DNA of 22,945 bases from Candidatus Heimdallarchaeota archaeon (GTDB lineage: Archaea; Asgardarchaeota; Heimdallarchaeia; Hodarchaeales; Hodarchaeaceae): assembly GCA_019057635.1 (NCBI GenBank), contig DXJL01000049.1, positions 1 through 22,945 of the forward strand. Reading direction: 5' to 3'. Both the position numbers and the translations under genes were made by a program. Positions within the stretch are counted from its first letter, which is position 1; every line of letters begins with the position of its first letter. The notes beneath the pieces were generated by a model, which saw only the letters and a program-made list of their open reading frames with translations, had not been told where the DNA came from and made no database searches. Below, one piece after another: positions 18,193-22,945 of this stretch.

Positions 18193-19161
18193 TTATAACT
18201 TGATATCTGTAGAATCGATATTCAATGATTTAATTGCCACTGTTTGGTTTTTACTACTTATTTTTAGCAAATAGCTTTCCAATTTTGATGATCGTGGAAA
18301 TTCCAAAATTAGATCCTCCTTTGTAGGCCATTCCTCAAGATCCTGTTCCCATAAATTTTCACTGAAAAATTCCGTCTTTTTAGACACTCTGATTTTTACA
18401 TCTTCTAATGTCTCCATTTGATTCACTAAAATTACTAAAACCTCATCATTTTGCTTTTTAGTGTCTAAAACTCGCATAGTGACTGGATCTTTAAAAAAAC
18501 TCTTTCCAGGAGATTTTTGGCTTGTTGAATAAACAGAAGATTTGGGAATCGATAAATTTTGGGATTCAAAGAACATTTTGGTATTGGATACTTTGTTTCC
18601 TAGATCTTCCCAATTTGTTTGAAGGAATTTTCCGATTTCAGCCACTTTATCCGAAAGTTGCATGTATTTACGTCTTTTAGTAGGATTTAAACCTAGGATT
18701 TGTCGCTTATACAGGATTTCAATTTCATTCCAATGATTAATTTGGAGATCGTCTCGGAAATGTTCAATCATTTCAAGAGGAATATGCTCCCCATCCTTCC
18801 ATAATTTTAAAACAATTCCGAAAATCGGTTTTTCAACGGTAGCTTCTGCATCACGTGATTTAGGTCCAATCAATTTAAGTGCTGAATAGATAAATTCAGA
18901 AATCTTTAGATCTATACGAATGGGGATGGGGATATGTTCAACTTTCCAAATATAGTGTGTCTTCAATATATCATGTTCTGCGGAGTTTTTTTTCAATTTT
19001 GCAGGAAGAGAAAAAAGAATTTGTGTGCCATAAGTTGTGTCAAAGGAACACAAGAAGAATCCGATCAAGGTCGATGAAAATGGACTAGTCTTGGTTGATT
19101 TCTCCAGTAGTGTAGAATTCGTACCAAAAGGATCTATATTCATTGTGTTTGCTGCCATCAA
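18193..19161 (-). CDS. Longin/uDENN-like N-terminal domain plus C-terminal beta-sandwich-like domain (paralog B)
   Basis: GFFLCSFDTTYGTQILFSLP, ILKTHYIW, DLKISEFIYSA match paralog A (ILAIHPAW, DLELSGVVYSA). C-terminal LVN...LEDVKIRVS...FF...W...E...YLLKI. Confidence 0.7.
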   Translation of the reverse strand: MMAANTMNIDPFGTNSTLLEKSTKTSPFSSTLIGFFLCSFDTTYGTQILFSLPAKLKKNSAEHDILKTHYIWKVEHIPIPIRIDLKISEFIYSALKLIGPKSRDAEATVEKPIFGIVLKLWKDGEHIPLEMIEHFRDDLQINHWNEIEILYKRQILGLNPTKRRKYMQLSDKVAEIGKFLQTNWEDLGNKVSNTKMFFESQNLSIPKSSVYSTSQKSPGKSFFKDPVTMRVLDTKKQNDEVLVILVNQMETLEDVKIRVSKKTEFFSENLWEQDLEEWPTKEDLILEFPRSSKLESYLLKISSKNQTVAIKSLNIDSTDIKL

Positions 19162-19369
19162 GTGTTTACAAATGAATAATTATTTTAGTCAGTTTGAATC
19201 TCTTTACGTTCCATTTATGTTTTAACTTCAAAAATCTTAGGATATTCATGATTGCGTGTGAGAATATCAATTAAATACTGCAATATTAATCGCAATATTT
19301 GAGCGACAATTACCTATATTCACCTAGATCATTATTTTAAAACTATTACTTTCATTAGATCAGGCATGA

Positions 19370-21217
19370 TTGGAGCAGAATCTGTTGGAATCAAAGATAT
19401 GGGATGTCATATGTGTGGGAGGCGGCCCTGCTGGGATTTCTTGTGCAATTCGAGCTGCAGAATTAGGAAGAAGTGTTCTTGTTCTTGAAGCTCGATCAGG
19501 ATCTGCTACAGCAGGTAGTATGATGGTTGATGGTTATCCGGGCTTTTTCAGTATTACTCGCCAAGAATTATTGGATAAAATGGCTCGTCAAGCAAAATAT
19601 CATGCAACGATCAGATATGCTGAACGTGTCAGTCGACTAGAACTAGAAAGTAAGATCAAACGAGTCTATACTACCGTAGTACGGGGAGAGTTTTTTTCGG
19701 AAGAAATCGCATACCAAGGTAAAACAGTTCTAATCGCCACGGGTTTACATCCCAAAAAGTTAAATGTCCCTGGAGAACGAAAATATCATTCTAAAGGAAT
19801 TTATTACAATAATCCCCCTGAAGGGGAATATGAAGAGAAAAATGTTGCCATTATTGGTCATACTTCATGGGCTGTTCGAAATGCACTCCATTATGATTCG
19901 TTAGGGGCACAGGTATGCTTAATTACCGCTAGAGATGCGTTTGATGCACATCCTGCATTATTAAGAAGATTAAATGAAAGTTTTGTTAATATTCGTTTTG
20001 GACATGAAGTTATGTCATTTGAGGGAGATCTTAAAGTCAAGAAAGTGAATTTGAAGAGTTCTACAGGTGAGAGAGTATCAATTTCAACTGAGATTATCGT
20101 TATCCTCAGTAGTAAAATTAAGAATAGAGAATTATTCATGAATGCTGGTTTAGCTATCACACCCGAAGGAAAAATAATAATCAATTCCGCAAATCAAGAT
20201 ACAAATTTACAGGGAGTATTTGCTGCTGGAAGCGCGATAAGAGGAGATTCAATTGTTGGAATTGACGCTGCAGAAGGTCAAACTGCGGCTATGCAGATCT
20301 CCCACTATCTTACAAATCTGGAAAAAGAAGCAAGTAAAGAGATACCAGAAAAATTGGAGGCGTCCTTAGCCCAGAGATTTGTTGAAGGGAAGAGCAAAAT
20401 TATTGAAAAACTCGACTTGTCTCCAGAAATAATTAAGTGGGTTGTTAGTGCTCCACGCATCGCAGAGAAATGTCAACCAGGTCAATTTGTCATTTTACGT
20501 GTTACTGACAATGGTGAAAGAATTCCCCTAACAGTTGCTGATTTTGATAGAGAAGCTGGAACTATTACACTTATTTTTCAGAAGATAGGAAAAAGTACAA
20601 AATTGATGGGAAGGTTAATTGCGGGAGACCATATTTTGAATTTGTTAGGACCGCTTGGTGAACCTGTGAAGATAGAAAAATGGGGAACAGTCGTAGTATT
20701 AGGAGGAGGTTGTGGTGTTGCCCCTGTATTACCAAAAACGAAAGCAATGAGAGAAATAGGTAATTATGTGATAAGCATTATTTCTGCTCGAACAAGAACA
20801 CTTCTGATCTGTCAAGATGAGATGAACTCAGTCAGTGATGAGCTACATATTGCTACAGATGACGGGACATTAGGTCACCATGGATATGGATTAGATTTAT
20901 TGCGAAAATTCATTGATGAAGGGAGAAAAATCGATCATGTCGTTGCTGTTGGGCCTATCCCAATGATGAGAGCAGTTGTTAATTTCACAAAACAGCACGA
21001 TATCCCGACTATAGTATCCTTAGCTCCATTAATGGTTGATGGAACTGGCATGTGTGGAGCATGTCGAGTTACCGTGGGGGGTAAAGTGAAATTTGCGTGT
21101 GTAGATGGCCCTAACTTTGATGGTCTAAAGGTAGATTTTGAAGAATTAACTCTTCGATCACGAGCATATCGTTATGAGGAACGAATTGCCGTTGAGCGTA
21201 TGGCAAGAACAAATTAA
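19370..21217 (+). CDS. nfnA: Fusion of a CxxC-less thioredoxin-reductase-like flavoprotein domain and NfnA
   Basis: N-terminal WDVICVGGGPAG, YPG, LIATG..PKKLNVPGE, GVFAAG. From about 20393 a full NfnA follows (QPGQFVILR, ERIPLT, GPLG, GGGCGVAP, TDDG, MVDGTGMCGACR, FACVDGP). An alternative TTG start at 19385 has GGAG at 19372-19375. Confidence 0.88.
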   Translation: MEQNLLESKIWDVICVGGGPAGISCAIRAAELGRSVLVLEARSGSATAGSMMVDGYPGFFSITRQELLDKMARQAKYHATIRYAERVSRLELESKIKRVYTTVVRGEFFSEEIAYQGKTVLIATGLHPKKLNVPGERKYHSKGIYYNNPPEGEYEEKNVAIIGHTSWAVRNALHYDSLGAQVCLITARDAFDAHPALLRRLNESFVNIRFGHEVMSFEGDLKVKKVNLKSSTGERVSISTEIIVILSSKIKNRELFMNAGLAITPEGKIIINSANQDTNLQGVFAAGSAIRGDSIVGIDAAEGQTAAMQISHYLTNLEKEASKEIPEKLEASLAQRFVEGKSKIIEKLDLSPEIIKWVVSAPRIAEKCQPGQFVILRVTDNGERIPLTVADFDREAGTITLIFQKIGKSTKLMGRLIAGDHILNLLGPLGEPVKIEKWGTVVVLGGGCGVAPVLPKTKAMREIGNYVISIISARTRTLLICQDEMNSVSDELHIATDDGTLGHHGYGLDLLRKFIDEGRKIDHVVAVGPIPMMRAVVNFTKQHDIPTIVSLAPLMVDGTGMCGACRVTVGGKVKFACVDGPNFDGLKVDFEELTLRSRAYRYEERIAVERMARTN

Positions 21218-21232
21218 GGAGTCTTGAACATT

Positions 21233-22690
21233 ATGAGTGAAGAAAGGGAAAAAAATAGGCAACAACGCAAGCAAAAGCTCAAGAAAAAACGAACTCATAT
21301 GAGTGTTCAAGAATCTCGTGAACGAATTCGTAATTTTAATGAGGTCGCATTAGGCTATACAGATAAAGAAGCTCTGGAGGAAGCCTCTCGCTGTTTGAAG
21401 TGTAAGAAACCTCGCTGTGTGAAAGGTTGTCCTGTTAATGTCCAAATTCCAGAATTCATCCAAAAACTGCTTGAAAATGATATCAATGGGGCGAAAGACA
21501 TTATCTTGTGTACCAATAGCCTTCCAGCGATAACTGGACGAGTCTGTCCTCAAGAAAATCAATGTCAAGAGTTCTGTATTCATCCCAATGCTATTTCTAT
21601 TGGGAATCTTGAAAGATTTGTTGCAGATTATGGAGAAAGTGGGGATAGAAACATTTCTAGCGAATTAGGTAGTAAAGTCGCTGTTGTTGGTTCTGGGCCC
21701 TCAGGTTTGACATGTGCTGCAGAATTAGCTATATTAGGTCATAAAGTAACGGTCTACGAAGCATTACATGAATACGGTGGTGTCTTAACCTACGGAATTC
21801 CTGAGTTCCGAATGCCCAAATCTGTTGTAAATGACGAAGTCAAATCTGTCATGGCATTAGGTGTGACATTTGAAAAAGATGCGCTTATTGGGAGAACTAT
21901 AACTGTAGATGAGCTTTTAGAAAAGTATAACTTTAATGCTGTCTATGTTGCCTCTGGTGCTGGGACTCCGAATTTTCTTGGCATTTCTGGAGAAAACCTT
22001 AATGGTGTATTTTCTGCAAATGAATTCCTCACCAGAGTAAATCTTTTGAAAGGTTACATGTTCCCTGATTATGATACGCCAGTGACAATTGGGGAAAAAG
22101 TCGCAGTTGTCGGAGCAGGTAATGTTGCAATGGACTGTGCAAGAACCTCTTTACGACTAGGAGCACGAGAGGTCGATATAATTTATCGACGATCCGAAGG
22201 TGAAATTCCTGCACGATTAGAGGAAATAATTCACGCTAAAGAAGAGGGAGTAGTGATAGGGGAATTAACTTTACCGTTAGAAATAATCGGCGATAATAAA
22301 GGGAACGTAGTAGGTCTCAAATGTATGAAAATGGATCTAGGGGAAAAAGATGCTTCGGGCCGTCGACGTCCGATCCCAATTCCAGAGACTGAATTTATTT
22401 TTCCCGTTGATACGGTTATTATTGCTATTGGCCAACGTCCCAATCAATTGATTGCTCAGACAACGGGTGGATTAGAAACTACAAAGTGGGGAACGTTTGT
22501 ACATGATGAAGAAACAGGCGCAACAACCCGTGAAAGGATCTTTTGTGGTGGTGATGTAGCAACTGGAGCAGCTACTGTGATACTTGCCATGGAAGCAGGC
22601 CGAAAAGCGGCAAAAGCAATCCATAATATGATCCTTGAGAGAGATCTAAATCAAACCGTTCTGAAAGACTTACCCAAAGAGGACCGCTAG
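21233..22690 (+). CDS. nfnB: NfnB (SudA/GltD-like) large subunit, second copy
   Basis: EASRCLKCKKPRCVKGCPV, TGRVCPQENQCQ, GSGPSG, YGIPEFR, GAGNVAMD, YRRS, GGDVATGAATVILAM. Start placed at ATG 21233 (AAGGAG at 21216-21221). Confidence 0.93.
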   Translation: MSEEREKNRQQRKQKLKKKRTHMSVQESRERIRNFNEVALGYTDKEALEEASRCLKCKKPRCVKGCPVNVQIPEFIQKLLENDINGAKDIILCTNSLPAITGRVCPQENQCQEFCIHPNAISIGNLERFVADYGESGDRNISSELGSKVAVVGSGPSGLTCAAELAILGHKVTVYEALHEYGGVLTYGIPEFRMPKSVVNDEVKSVMALGVTFEKDALIGRTITVDELLEKYNFNAVYVASGAGTPNFLGISGENLNGVFSANEFLTRVNLLKGYMFPDYDTPVTIGEKVAVVGAGNVAMDCARTSLRLGAREVDIIYRRSEGEIPARLEEIIHAKEEGVVIGELTLPLEIIGDNKGNVVGLKCMKMDLGEKDASGRRRPIPIPETEFIFPVDTVIIAIGQRPNQLIAQTTGGLETTKWGTFVHDEETGATTRERIFCGGDVATGAATVILAMEAGRKAAKAIHNMILERDLNQTVLKDLPKEDR

Positions 22691-22881
22691 GAATAATTTG
22701 GAAAAATTCTTCTTAACTATCTTTGGAGTTGTTCTTCCTGATTCAGCGACGCGAGCCGGCATTAATGCAGGTCTTACCGCCTCTCCACAGGCGTTTAAGA
22801 TCTCCGCAGAACTCTCGGCGACAGGAAATACACATGACTTTCCTGATTGATTAGTAGCTTTTCTTCTTATACACCTACTAA
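22656..22881 (-). mobile_element. Putative IS607 (or IS200/IS605)-type right end carrying a TnpB omega-RNA-like scaffold, with no tnpB ORF adjacent
   Basis: The minus strand reads GCCGAGAGTTCTGCGGAGATCTTAAACGCCTGTGGAGAGGCGGTAAGACC...GCTGAATCAGGAAG...CCAAAGA...TCTTTGGGTAAGTCTTTCAGAACGG. This matches my recollection of tnpB 3'-end scaffolds (translating as LNACGEAVRP) and of IS607-type GG-terminated right ends. Nested stems are visible and GC is locally elevated. The boundary at 22881 is approximate. Confidence 0.6.
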
Positions 22882-22945
22882 GCCCTGTAATCTACAACAA
22901 ATTTGCTTATTTCCCGTTATTCTAATAGCAAGAAGTTACCTAGCG

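Noticed and set aside
19366-19488. Cys-rich 40-aa ORF MIGAESVG...KKCSCS
   Set aside because: Alternate-frame reading of the TrxR-like FAD-binding region; the Cys richness follows from shifted codons.
3175-22443. Remaining short ORFs in the track (e.g. 3175-3468, 5251-5439, 7486-7893, 9306-9554, 10687-11807, 13583-13834, 15451-15675, 17724-17906, 19037-19225, 19891-20184, 21350-22443)
   Set aside because: All overlap longer motif-supported genes in another frame or on the opposite strand.
14934-22690. Calling the NfnB proteins glutamate synthase small subunits (gltD)
   Set aside because: Each directly follows an NfnA and there is no gltB in the window.
22685-22945. 7-bp inverted repeat CGCTAGG (22685-22691) / CCTAGCG (22939-22945) as terminal inverted repeats
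   Set aside because: Too short and cut by the window edge, and the scaffold stem continues past it to 22656; cannot be evaluated.
1-22945. tRNA, rRNA or CRISPR arrays
   Set aside because: None recognisable by eye; intergenic gaps are short and lack cloverleaf or repeat-spacer patterns.

Overview
Low-GC archaeal DNA whose gene content (several Rag/Gtr-type small GTPases with C-terminal roadblock-like domains, longin-like and gelsolin-like domains, archaeal-type TrpRS) points to an Asgard archaeon; this taxonomy is inferred. The left half holds a partial M50 site-2 protease, a hypothetical protein, and a tight minus-strand 4-gene cluster: Rag-like GTPase, degenerate pseudo-GTPase, longin+gelsolin-like fusion, Rag-like GTPase. 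These are followed by trpS, an MFS transporter and a fourth Rag-like GTPase. The right half holds a HydC/HydB/HydA-like (NuoEFG, Bfu-type) module without a catalytic site, translationally coupled to nfnAB. Next comes a minus-strand trio (two paralogous longin/uDENN-like + beta-sandwich proteins and a CBS protein), then a second nfnAB whose NfnA is fused to a CxxC-less thioredoxin-reductase-like domain. Most striking: the same ~90-aa C-terminal beta-rich domain is present on NfnB1 and on both longin-like proteins, suggesting a physical link between an electron-bifurcating redox enzyme and Rag-type GTPase regulators. At the right edge, a TnpB omega-RNA-like / IS607-type right end with no adjacent tnpB appears to overlap the last codons of nfnB2. 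All domain calls are by-eye motif recognition, not database searches.
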